A stretch of 34,950 bases of DNA from a virus (lineage: Duplodnaviria > Caudoviricetes). The stretch is taken from the IMG/VR virus record IMGVR_UViG_3300033067_001309, positions 1 to 34,950 of that record, one strand, 5' to 3'. A program made the translations under genes and the position numbers. The notes under the pieces were generated by a model that was not told the DNA's origin, did not search any database, and worked only from the letters and a program-made list of their open reading frames with translations. Positions 1 through 7,535 of this stretch are shown here, piece after piece (position 1 is the stretch's first letter; each line of letters begins with the position of its first letter).

Positions 1-131
1 GACCCGGACCCGTACCCGGACCCGGACCCGTACCCGGCCCCGTACCCGGACCCGGACCCGTCCCCGTCCCCGTACCCGGACCCGGACCCGTACCCGGACC
101 CGGACCCGTACCCGGACCCGTACCCGGACCC
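1..131 (-). repeat. Hexamer tandem repeat GGG-(TCC/TAC/GAC/GCC), 22 GGG units
   Basis: Directly visible ccc-gga/gta/gtc/ggc periodicity on the + strand. Confidence 0.97.
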
Positions 132-185
132 GTCTGGGCGGCTTAGCGCCGCCCAGACGTCGGCGTCGGCTAGCTCTTGCTCCAC
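1..185 (-). CDS. N-terminal part of Gly-X repeat protein (MEQELADADVWAALSRPDGSGYGSGY...), runs off the left end
   Basis: Manual translation from GTG 183-185, overlapping the end of the upstream gene. It stays open to position 1 and is absent from the ORF track. Confidence 0.75.
   Translation of the reverse strand, partial: MEQELADADVWAALSRPDGSGYGSGYGSGSGYGSGSGYGDGDGSGSGYGAGYGSGSGYGSG
131..159. other. Perfect 12-bp inverted repeat (hairpin) abutting the repeat tract
   Basis: CGTCTGGGCGGC-ttagc-GCCGCCCAGACG. Confidence 0.85.
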
Positions 186-490
186 GGAGCCGCCTCCCAT
201 CTCTCCCAGGCCTGGGGCGACACGACGGCGCAGGCGTTGACGCTCTCCAGCTCCAGCACGGGGGCTGCTGGGCCGATGCGGCAGCCGGAGTCAGGCCCCT
301 TGCTGGCCAGCCCCAGGACGCCGCCCATCGTGGGCGACCAATAGACCGCCATCCGGGCGCCCTTGAGCGTGGCTCTCCCCTTGTCGCGGTCGCGCTCCAC
401 GAGGACCCCGGCGAAAACTCCGCGGTGGCTGCCGGTGGTGACCATCACGACCTGTCCGATCAGCGGATCGACCTCTTGCTTTGGCTTCAT
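170..490 (-). CDS. DUF6948-like small beta-barrel protein
   Basis: ATG 488-490 after GGAGG. The VMVTT..RGVFAGVL..LKGARMAVYW..GGVLGLASKGP pattern is recalled for DUF6948. Confidence 0.7.
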   Translation of the reverse strand: MKPKQEVDPLIGQVVMVTTGSHRGVFAGVLVERDRDKGRATLKGARMAVYWSPTMGGVLGLASKGPDSGCRIGPAAPVLELESVNACAVVSPQAWERWEAAPWSKS

Positions 491-939
491 GCGGACCTCC
501 TTGTTTGGGCTGAGTTCTGGGCCTCCCACTCGTCGAGCAGGCTGCGCGCCGTCTCCTCGGTCGGGAGCCAGAGGCGCTGAGCGTCCGGGCCCGGGGTGCC
601 CCAGTAGGGCGCCGGGCTGTAGACGTGCAGACCCCGGAGGTGCAGCACCGTCTGGGCCGAGTCGATGACGCGGACGATCTGGGCGACTCCCCGCCACTCG
701 TCGTGGCCGAGGGTGTCGCGGTCGGGCGCCGTGATGCCCGCCTCGCGGCAGACGGCCAGCAGGCTGCGGTGGGCCTGGGGGTCGCCGACGTGGGCGCTGT
801 GGATGAGCACGAGCCGGTCAGGGGCACAGAGGGTCCGCTGGGCCTGGGTGAGCATCAGGCGGACGGTCCCGGTGACGCCCCGGGCGACCGTCCAGCACAG
901 GGGCCGGCCCAGGGTCAGGGCGAGGGGGTAGGGCCTCAC
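487..939 (-). CDS. Hypothetical protein, degenerate ASCH-like
   Basis: GTG start with GTGA coupling. ALTLGRPLCW, VLIHSA and terminal G..LW resemble the ASCH pattern, but the GxKxxExR motif is missing. Confidence 0.5.
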   Translation of the reverse strand: MRPYPLALTLGRPLCWTVARGVTGTVRLMLTQAQRTLCAPDRLVLIHSAHVGDPQAHRSLLAVCREAGITAPDRDTLGHDEWRGVAQIVRVIDSAQTVLHLRGLHVYSPAPYWGTPGPDAQRLWLPTEETARSLLDEWEAQNSAQTRRSA

Positions 940-1157
940 GACAGCCTCCCCTGCAGGTAGCCCTCGACAGCGGCCTCGGCCAGCTCGACGGCGGCGTCCT
1001 CCAGCTCGTCCAGGTGCTCGGCGAGGATGCCCACCGCCTCGTGACCAGAGACGGCGGTCCAGCCGGAGCTGGGGTGGTAGACCTCGAGCGTGGCGCTGAG
1101 GCCGTTCCGCTCGAGCCGGTACGTCCGGCCCCGGGCTGCGATCAATCGGTGGCTCAT
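936..1157 (-). CDS. Hypothetical protein (73 aa)
   Basis: 4-bp start/stop overlaps with both neighbours. Confidence 0.7.
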   Translation of the reverse strand: MSHRLIAARGRTYRLERNGLSATLEVYHPSSGWTAVSGHEAVGILAEHLDELEDAAVELAEAAVEGYLQGRLS

Positions 1158-1540
1158 GACGCGAGCCTCTCGAGCTCGGCTGCGAGGTCGGCGTCGGGGT
1201 TGCCACAGCCGCACTCACAGGCCCCGGCGTGCTCGCGGAGGCGCTCGGCGGCGCGGCGCATGGCCTGGCGGGCCTCAAGGTGGGCCAGGGACACGCGGAC
1301 GTCGGCCAGGCGCTCTGCGGCGCTCTGGAGGTCCACGGTCAGGGAGGAGGTGCAGTAGCAGAGGCGCCACTCCACCCAGACGCCCCGCATCTCGATGTAC
1401 TCGATGCCGTCGGCGGCCAGGCCGGGGCTCTGCATCGGCCTGAGGCCAGCCCAGGAGGCCGGAGTGTGGCGGCGGTCGCAGCGGTTGCAGACCTGGGGGA
1501 AGTCGGACGGCTTGGGCCGGAGCCCTTCGGGGCGGCTCAT
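1154..1540 (-). CDS. Hypothetical Cys-motif protein with coiled-coil segment
   Basis: CxxC...CxC motifs and ATGA coupling. Confidence 0.75.
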   Translation of the reverse strand: MSRPEGLRPKPSDFPQVCNRCDRRHTPASWAGLRPMQSPGLAADGIEYIEMRGVWVEWRLCYCTSSLTVDLQSAAERLADVRVSLAHLEARQAMRRAAERLREHAGACECGCGNPDADLAAELERLAS

Positions 1541-2187
1541 GACGCCACCCCCTTCAGCGCCACGGCTTCATGGCTCACGCGGGTCTCCATGACGATGCCG
1601 ACCCAGCCGGAACCGAGGAGGCACAGCGCGGCACCGTTGATGTTGGCCACCGCCAGGGTCACGCGCTCGGCGTCGACACCGGCCAGGAGGTTGCGGACGA
1701 GCTTGGGGTCGAACTTGGCGAGGCCCACGCTCAGTGTCTTGCGCGGCTTGTCGAACTCGACGCCTTCCCCTTCGCACTCCCGGCACTTGGTGCCGCCGTC
1801 GAAGCACTTCCTGCAGGTGTTGCCGCAGGCGCACTCGCCGGTTCCGTCGCACGCCGGGCAGTCAATCGAGCCCTTGCCATCGCAGTCTTTGCAGGTCGTC
1901 TCGATGGGGCAGAGGTCCGCGACCTGAGCCAGCATGTCGGCGGCGAGGATGGTGCCAGTGGGCGCTGTTGCCCTTGCCGACGCGATGAGGTTGGCCGCGG
2001 AGGTGCGAATGCTGTCGGCCTCGGGGGCCTGGCTGCCCTCGGCGCCGACGATGTAGAGCAGATGGTGGCCGTTCGTACCCAGGGCTCCGAGGACACCGCC
2101 GATCGCGATCGCGATCGGCTTCTGGAGCACCCAGCGAAACCCGTCCTCGTTCTCGCAGCACAGCGCCAGTCGAGCGGTGGCATCCAT
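1537..2187 (-). CDS. Protein with DnaJ-type CxxCxGxG zinc-finger repeats inside a possible sliding-clamp-like domain
   Basis: ATG 2185-2187 (TAATG coupling). CKDCDGKG, CPACDGTG, CRKCFDGG, CRECEGEG, flanked by GTNGH, FDPKLV and IVMETR. Confidence 0.7.
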   Translation of the reverse strand: MDATARLALCCENEDGFRWVLQKPIAIAIGGVLGALGTNGHHLLYIVGAEGSQAPEADSIRTSAANLIASARATAPTGTILAADMLAQVADLCPIETTCKDCDGKGSIDCPACDGTGECACGNTCRKCFDGGTKCRECEGEGVEFDKPRKTLSVGLAKFDPKLVRNLLAGVDAERVTLAVANINGAALCLLGSGWVGIVMETRVSHEAVALKGVAS

Positions 2188-2417
2188 TACGCCACCCCCA
2201 GCATGCGGTCCGCGTCCAGGTCGTGCGCGCTCTCCAGCTCGTGCTGCTCCCAAAGGGAGTCGAGCCAGGTGTGCAGCTCCGACAGGGCTTCGGCCTCTTC
2301 AGCGGCCTTGGCGGCCTCGAAGGGCACCTCACACGAGGGATGGGTCTCACCGGGCTGGTGAGCACCCATGTGCTCTCTACAGAAGGCGCAGCGTCTTCTC
2401 AGCGGCGTAGTTGGCAT
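2187..2417 (-). CDS. First leftward early gene, small CxxC/His protein
   Basis: GAGGAG upstream and directly downstream of the PL-like promoter. Confidence 0.7.
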   Translation of the reverse strand: MPTTPLRRRCAFCREHMGAHQPGETHPSCEVPFEAAKAAEEAEALSELHTWLDSLWEQHELESAHDLDADRMLGVA

Positions 2418-2458
2418 GGCCTGTCTCCTCTCGGGCGTCCGTCGCCCTTGATGAGAGG

Positions 2459-2487
2459 AAGATAACCAAACCGGTTATGCGTGTCAA
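2459..2487 (-). promoter_or_regulatory. PL-like sigma70 promoter with embedded operator
   Basis: Minus strand TTGACA-17 nt-TATCTT. The ATAACC-N5-GGTTAT inverted repeat (2462-2478) spans the spacer and -10. Confidence 0.8.
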
Positions 2488-2518
2488 CTGCGGTTAATCG
2501 GTTACGAGGTTAACCAGC

Positions 2519-2550
2519 AAAAACGCCCACTTGCGCGATGCAAGGGGCGT
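2519..2550 (-). terminator. Intrinsic terminator after the repressor
   Basis: Minus strand ACGCCCCTTGC-atcgc-GCAAGTGGGCG followed by TTTTT. Confidence 0.75.
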
Positions 2551-2561
2551 CTTGTGCGACC

Positions 2562-3005
2562 TCAGGTGGTGCGGCCGGAGTGCTCCTGCTTGGCCAGGTA
2601 GGAGCGCCAGAACTCTAAAATTCCACGCCAGAAGTCGTCCCCGAAGGTGACCCACTCCTCGGCTCGGAACCTCGACTGCCTCAGGTACCACTCCTCGCGG
2701 GGCGTGATGCCCAGGGCCTCGCGGTAGTCCTTGATGAACCGCTCCAGGCCGCTGTCCTCCGTGTGGCTCGTATCGGGGTCTAGCTGGGCTGTGGTGACCC
2801 CCAGGGCGGCTGCGATGGCTGTCAGCGTTTCCGGCTTCACGCCCCGCTTGCCAGCCAACACCATCGACATGGCGGGCGCCGAGATGCCCACACGCTCCGC
2901 GAGCTGCTTGACGTTGAGGCCCTTGGTCTCAGCCAGGTCCTTGATGACTGCGCCCATCGAGATGCGCCGGGCTGCCGCGACTGCGAGTGCCTTTTTGTCT
3001 GCCAT
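2562..3005 (-). CDS. CI-like XRE helix-turn-helix repressor
   Basis: KGLNVKQLAERVGISAPAMSMVLAGKRGV..TLTAIAAALGV. Divergent from the Cro-like gene. Start chosen at ATG 3003-3005 (alternative 3038). No S24 peptidase domain is evident. Confidence 0.85.
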   Translation of the reverse strand: MADKKALAVAAARRISMGAVIKDLAETKGLNVKQLAERVGISAPAMSMVLAGKRGVKPETLTAIAAALGVTTAQLDPDTSHTEDSGLERFIKDYREALGITPREEWYLRQSRFRAEEWVTFGDDFWRGILEFWRSYLAKQEHSGRTT

Positions 3006-3062
3006 CCCTGCTGTGTAACCCCTTGCAATTGCTGGCATGTCGGCCCCTTGTGGTTACGGAAC

Positions 3063-3091
3063 TGGACTGAACTAACTAGTTCGGTTATCTC
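3063..3091 (+). promoter_or_regulatory. PR-like promoter with embedded operator
   Basis: TGGACT-17 nt-TATCTC with TAAC-N7-GTTA (3073-3087) in the same register as in PL. Confidence 0.7.
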
Positions 3092-3109
3092 TGTTACGAG
3101 GAGGCAGAC

Positions 3110-3355
3110 GTGACAGAGCGAAGGAAACTGAGGGAAGGGCTGGAGAAGGCGGGCTACTCGGTGAAGACCGCCGCCGAGGCGCTGGACATCTCGCCGGTTA
3201 CGCTGAGCTACATCCTGGGCGGTACAAGAACCCCGGGGCCCGAGCTCGCGGTGAAGCTGGCGGCGCTGTCGGGCGGGGCCGTCGAGGCCGCAGACCTCGT
3301 GAGCCCCCGGCGCCGCATGCAACTGGCACTCCTGACCAAGCGGGGTGCCGCATGA
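3110..3355 (+). CDS. Cro-like XRE HTH protein
   Basis: YSVKTAAEALDISPVTLSYILGGTRTPG, GGAGG SD, divergent from the repressor. Confidence 0.85.
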   Translation: MTERRKLREGLEKAGYSVKTAAEALDISPVTLSYILGGTRTPGPELAVKLAALSGGAVEAADLVSPRRRMQLALLTKRGAA

Positions 3356-3813
3356 CCTGGCTCGACAAGCTGCCCGAGAAAATGCGCGGTCGCATCGCTC
3401 CGCCGGACGAGAAGGGCTGCACCATCTGGCTTGGTGCCCGTCAGAGCGGCGGCTACGGCGAGGTGTGGCTGGGCGGGCGTGACTGCATGGTCCACCGCGT
3501 TGTGGTGGAGGCCGTGCGCGGCCCAATCCCCGAGGGCCTGGTCGTAGACCATCTTTGCAGGAACCCATCCTGCTGCAACCCCGACCATCTTGAGGCCGTC
3601 AGCCAGAAGGAGAACGTTCGGCGCGGCCTTTTGGGCGTGCTGCATGTCGTCAAGACCGTCTGCAAGCGCGGGCATGACAAGTCGGATGCCTACTTCAGCA
3701 TCACCAAGGCCGGTCACAAGAGGCGGACGTGCAGGGTCTGTAACCGAGAACAGGGCCGCGAGGCACGGCGCCGCTCTCGCGCCCGCCGCGCCTCCAAGGC
3801 GGTGGCGCCATGA
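3352..3813 (+). CDS. HNH endonuclease
   Basis: VHRVV..GPIPEGLVVDHLCRNPSCCNPDHLEAVSQKENVRR, plus C-terminal CKRGH..CRVC. Confidence 0.92.
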   Translation: MTWLDKLPEKMRGRIAPPDEKGCTIWLGARQSGGYGEVWLGGRDCMVHRVVVEAVRGPIPEGLVVDHLCRNPSCCNPDHLEAVSQKENVRRGLLGVLHVVKTVCKRGHDKSDAYFSITKAGHKRRTCRVCNREQGREARRRSRARRASKAVAP

Positions 3814-4016
3814 GCACCGTTCAGCGCGACTGTGCCGTTGAGGTGCTCAAAGGCAAGCAGGTTGACCAGGCCGGGGTCGAGAAGTTGGCCAAGGTCGTTC
3901 CTCTGCTCCTGAAGTTGCTGAAGCACATCGGCTCTCCGTTCTTGAAGGCGAGCGTGAAGATGGGCGACGGCATTTGCTTTGTCGTCGACATCCGCATCGA
4001 GCAGGAGGACGCATGA
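3810..4016 (+). CDS. Hypothetical protein
   Basis: ATGA coupling at both ends. Confidence 0.65.
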   Translation: MSTVQRDCAVEVLKGKQVDQAGVEKLAKVVPLLLKLLKHIGSPFLKASVKMGDGICFVVDIRIEQEDA

Positions 4017-4225
4017 GCACCCCCTCCTGCTCCGTCTGCTCCGAGCCCGCTGTCGGCCCCGGCACCACCCGGGGCGATGGCGTGGCGTTCTGCAGGCCCT
4101 GCTGCACCGCCTTCTATCGCTCCCCCGAGGGCAGGCAGGCCCGCCAGAGCCTCGTCTACCTGGCCCGCGTGTGGGCTGCCCGTGCCCGAGGCCCCCGGCT
4201 CCAGGTCGTGGAGGTGCAGCCATGA
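4013..4225 (+). CDS. Small zinc-finger-like protein
   Basis: ATG 4013 after GGAGG; CSVC...CRPC. Confidence 0.7.
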   Translation: MSTPSCSVCSEPAVGPGTTRGDGVAFCRPCCTAFYRSPEGRQARQSLVYLARVWAARARGPRLQVVEVQP

Positions 4226-4467
4226 AGCCCTCCGCATCGAGACAGGGCGGCACCGTCGCCACGCCGCAGGACCCCCTCTCGCTCGCCATCGAGGCGGCGA
4301 ACCTGTGGAAGGCCGCGAGCAACGACGCCTTCGCCGCCATCCTGACCGAGCTCGCCAAGGCCCGGACGGAGCTGGCCGAGGCTCGCCGCGAGCTGGAGCG
4401 CGTGGCCGGGGAGCGTGATGCAGCCCGCGAGGCCCTGGCGGAGCTGAGAGAGGGGGTGGAGAGATGA
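4222..4467 (+). CDS. Small coiled-coil protein
   Basis: ATG 4222 after GGAGG; heptad-like ELAKARTELAEARRELERV. Confidence 0.7.
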   Translation: MKPSASRQGGTVATPQDPLSLAIEAANLWKAASNDAFAAILTELAKARTELAEARRELERVAGERDAAREALAELREGVER

Positions 4468-5441
4468 GCGCCCCTACAGTCATCGTCGGTGAGTGTCTGG
4501 CCGAGCTTCGCCGCCTGCCCTTCGAGTCGGTGCAGTGCTGTGTCACCAGCCCGCCCTATTGGCAGCTCCGCGACTACAAGCACGCCGACCAGCTTGGACT
4601 GGAGCCGACGCCGGCCCAGTACGTCGAGCGCCTGGTTGCCATCCTGGAGGAGGTCCGCCGGGTGCTCCGCCCGGACGGCACCCTCTGGCTTAACCTGGGC
4701 GACACCTACTCGTCTAGCGGTCACGGCGGCCCAGGAAACAAGGCCGACCGCCGCGACGCGTGGCGCGAGGGTTCGGCGCTCAAGCGCGACCGGACCACGC
4801 CTCCGGGCTTCCGACCCAAGCAGCTCGTCGGCGTCCCCTGGCGCGTCGCCCTGGCGCTCTCCGACGCGGGCTGGCTGCTGCGTCAGGACATCATCTGGGC
4901 CAAGCCCAACCCCATGCCCGAGTCCGTGACGGACCGGTGCGTGCGGAGTCATGAGCACCTGTTTTTGCTCACCAAGGGCCCGCACTACTTCTTCGATCAC
5001 AAGGCCATTCGTGAGAAGGCGGTGCACGGTTACGGGTCGGGCACGGCAGGCTACAAGCCGCCGGGGCAACCTGCACACAAGGGACTCCGCAAGCCCAAGC
5101 ACGACAACGGACACCTCTGCTCTGGCCTAGCCGCTGCAGATCGAGCGGGCGCCGAGGAACGCAACTCTCGCGACGTCTGGACCATTGCGCCGGCACAGAG
5201 CGACGTCGACCACTACGCGGTGATGCCCGAGGCGCTGGCGGCTCGGTGCATCGCAGCGGGCAGCAAGCCGGGTGACACGGTCTTGGACCCCTTCCTTGGC
5301 TCGGGCACGGTGGCCGTCGTGGCCCATCGGATGGACCGCAAGACCATCGGCATCGAGCTCAACCCTGAGTACGCGGCGCTTGCCCGCATCCGCCTGGACG
5401 TCGAGACGAGACAGGCCAGACTTTTCGGAGGTGAGCCATGA
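4464..5441 (+). CDS. Orphan DNA amino-methyltransferase (N4-C/N6-A, beta class)
   Basis: TSPPY (motif IV) lies N-terminal to VLDPFLGSGT (motif I). Also IIWAKPNPMPESVTDR. Confidence 0.95.
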   Translation: MSAPTVIVGECLAELRRLPFESVQCCVTSPPYWQLRDYKHADQLGLEPTPAQYVERLVAILEEVRRVLRPDGTLWLNLGDTYSSSGHGGPGNKADRRDAWREGSALKRDRTTPPGFRPKQLVGVPWRVALALSDAGWLLRQDIIWAKPNPMPESVTDRCVRSHEHLFLLTKGPHYFFDHKAIREKAVHGYGSGTAGYKPPGQPAHKGLRKPKHDNGHLCSGLAAADRAGAEERNSRDVWTIAPAQSDVDHYAVMPEALAARCIAAGSKPGDTVLDPFLGSGTVAVVAHRMDRKTIGIELNPEYAALARIRLDVETRQARLFGGEP

Positions 5442-6454
5442 GCGCCCCCTATCCGTGGCTGCGCCTCTACACCTCCACGCTCGATGACAGCCGCGTGCTG
5501 GCCGTCGCCACCGAGGTTGGCATTGACGAGGTCGAGGTGCTGGGTCGGCTGTGCGCGCTGATGGTGTGGTGCTCCCAGCACGCCCAGGACGGGGTCATCC
5601 GAGCCGCCGGGCGGGCTACCCCTGCCCTCATCACCGAGCGGGCCTCCAGGTGGCATGGGCCGGCGGGCACGCTCGGCGCCGCCTTCCTGTCGTCGGGCTT
5701 GCTCGTCGAGGTCGAGGGCGGCTGGAGGCTGGCCGACTGGGAGGAGCAGCAGGGCGCCCACATCGCCAAGCTCGAGCGCGACCGGGCAAAGAGGCTGCCG
5801 CACGGAACCCTTACGGGTTCCTCACAAAACCCTCACGAAACCCGTAAGGGTTCCGCACGGGTTCCGCACGGAACCCTTACGCAAGAGGGAGAGGGAGATA
5901 GAGAAAAAGAAGAAGCTGCCGTGCGGGCGCGCGCGACCATCGGCAACCCGAATCCACCCGACCGGTCACTGACCGACGACGAGCGAGCCGTCGTAACGGC
6001 CTGGAATGCCGCTGCTGAAGCGAACGGCAGGCCGGGTGCTACCACCCTACCGCCTGCCATCCGTCCGCACGCCAGACGCCAAATAAAGACGCACGGGCTC
6101 GCCGACCTCAAACGGGCCTTCGAGCTGGTCTGCTCGTACCAGCGACTCTGGGAGCCCGGGTCCGGCAAGTGGGTCGCCTCGCTTGAGTGGGTGCTCCGCA
6201 GACCCGAATCCTCTCAGGGCCCGGATGTGGTCGAGCGCGCGAAGGCCGGCACCTACGGTCCCTGGGTGCCGGTCAAGCAGGCCCAGCCCGAGCCCGTCCG
6301 CGACCTGCCCGCCTGTATCGGCTGCGGCAAGCCCGCGGAGCGGTGGGTGTGGGAGTCGAGCAACCCGGCCTGCTCGGCCTGCGAGGCCCAGGCGGTGGTC
6401 AGCCCCGAGGGCGCCCGTGCCTGGGTCGAGGCTCGGCGACGGGGGGCGGCATGA
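5438..6454 (+). CDS. Phage replication initiator (lambda O-like organisation)
   Basis: N-terminal WLRL..helical domain, central repeat-encoded linker, C-terminal ASLEWVLR domain, and position in the rightward early operon. Confidence 0.75.
   Translation: MSAPYPWLRLYTSTLDDSRVLAVATEVGIDEVEVLGRLCALMVWCSQHAQDGVIRAAGRATPALITERASRWHGPAGTLGAAFLSSGLLVEVEGGWRLADWEEQQGAHIAKLERDRAKRLPHGTLTGSSQNPHETRKGSARVPHGTLTQEGEGDREKEEAAVRARATIGNPNPPDRSLTDDERAVVTAWNAAAEANGRPGATTLPPAIRPHARRQIKTHGLADLKRAFELVCSYQRLWEPGSGKWVASLEWVLRRPESSQGPDVVERAKAGTYGPWVPVKQAQPEPVRDLPACIGCGKPAERWVWESSNPACSACEAQAVVSPEGARAWVEARRRGAA
5798..5915. promoter_or_regulatory. Putative replication origin (iterons plus purine-rich tract)
   Basis: CCGCACGGAACCCTTACG at 5798-5815 and 5864-5881. 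17-bp inverted arms at 5803-5819 and 5839-5855. 5883-5915 is purine except one T. Confidence 0.75.
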
Positions 6455-6756
6455 GCTACCCCACCCCGAAAGAGGTCCGCGAGGCCCTGCGCGCCACGGC
6501 CCCCGGCACGGTGCTGTGGGAGGGGCGGCTGGAGCAGACGGACGACGAGCTCGCTGGCGACTTCGTCCCGCCCCTCCGCGCTGTCGTCGTGGGGCCGCAA
6601 GGTCGGCTGGTCGTGCGCGTGCTGTGGGGAGACGAGGACGACGGCGGCGAGTGGCACAGCTACCCGCTGCGGTTCAACCGAGGTGTGAGCCAGTTCGCCC
6701 TCTCCCGGCATGGGCTCTGCGCCCCGCCCGTGGGGTGGGAGGAGGTGGTGCTGTGA
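6451..6756 (+). CDS. Hypothetical protein
   Basis: ATGA and GTGA coupling. Confidence 0.7.
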   Translation: MSYPTPKEVREALRATAPGTVLWEGRLEQTDDELAGDFVPPLRAVVVGPQGRLVVRVLWGDEDDGGEWHSYPLRFNRGVSQFALSRHGLCAPPVGWEEVVL

Positions 6757-7091
6757 GGCTCGTCATCACCGCCAGTTGCCGCTGCGACTCCTCGCTCGGC
6801 CTCAACGGTCGGTTGCACTGGGCAGTCCGCCGCCGCAAGACGCAAGCCATCCGCCGCGTCATCCGCTGGGCCTGGCTCGGTCAGCCCGTGCGGCCCTCGG
6901 TCCCCTGCGTGGTGACGCTGGTCCGGGTGGGGCCTCGCGCCATGGACGACGACAACAACGCCGGTGCCCTCAAGAGCGTGCGCGACGAGGTGGCCGCCAT
7001 GCTCGGAGTCGACGACGGAGACGAGCGCGTGAGCTGGCGCTACTCGCAGGAGGTGGGCGAGTGGGCGGTGCGCGTGGAGGTGCAGTCGTGA
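6753..7091 (+). CDS. RusA-like Holliday junction resolvase
   Basis: LNGRLHW..RAMDDDNNAGALKSVRD..GVDD matches the RusA acidic/Lys catalytic pattern. GTG start after GGAGG. Confidence 0.8.
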   Translation: MRLVITASCRCDSSLGLNGRLHWAVRRRKTQAIRRVIRWAWLGQPVRPSVPCVVTLVRVGPRAMDDDNNAGALKSVRDEVAAMLGVDDGDERVSWRYSQEVGEWAVRVEVQS

Positions 7092-7345
7092 GCGAGTCGT
7101 CCATTGAGTTTCAAGGTCCCGGCTTGACGCTCGACGAGTGGCGCCGATTGGCGTGCATCATCGACTTTATGGCGTTGACGGACGTTCGATGGCGCAGCGC
7201 TCGCTTTAAGGGGAATTGGGCGTTCTTGTACTCGGAGCTTCCGGTGCCCCACGAGACCGTGATCGCGTGCACCAACATTGGGATCAAGAGCGTCGATGCG
7301 CGCAAGCTGCTGGCTGCGCTGGAGGCCGCACATGATCGACCTTGA
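7088..7345 (+). CDS. Hypothetical protein (more T-rich codons than neighbours)
   Basis: GTG 7088 after GGAGG with GTGA coupling. Confidence 0.6.
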   Translation: MSESSIEFQGPGLTLDEWRRLACIIDFMALTDVRWRSARFKGNWAFLYSELPVPHETVIACTNIGIKSVDARKLLAALEAAHDRP

Positions 7346-7535
7346 CCGAATTCGTAGCGTCTCGGGCGTCCACAGTGTCGAGGAGGTCGACGGCGTGGTA
7401 CGCGTCGAGGTGCTGACCACGCGCTGGCTTGACCTGGCCGGGCTGCTGCTGGCGTTCGGGCAGCCCGTGACCGTGCGGCGGGTGGACGGGCTGCGGGTTG
7501 AGTTCTCGGCTCCTGCTGAACCTGCGATCAGGTAG
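7332..7535 (+). CDS. Hypothetical protein
   Basis: ATG 7332 after GGAGG. Its stop abuts the stop of the convergent gene. Confidence 0.6.
   Translation: MIDLDRIRSVSGVHSVEEVDGVVRVEVLTTRWLDLAGLLLAFGQPVTVRRVDGLRVEFSAPAEPAIR

Noticed and set aside
1-131. Telomere-like terminal repeats or a CRISPR array at the ends
   Set aside because: Both ends are C-rich on the same strand (direct, not inverted), there are no spacers, and the tract is the interior of one ORF.
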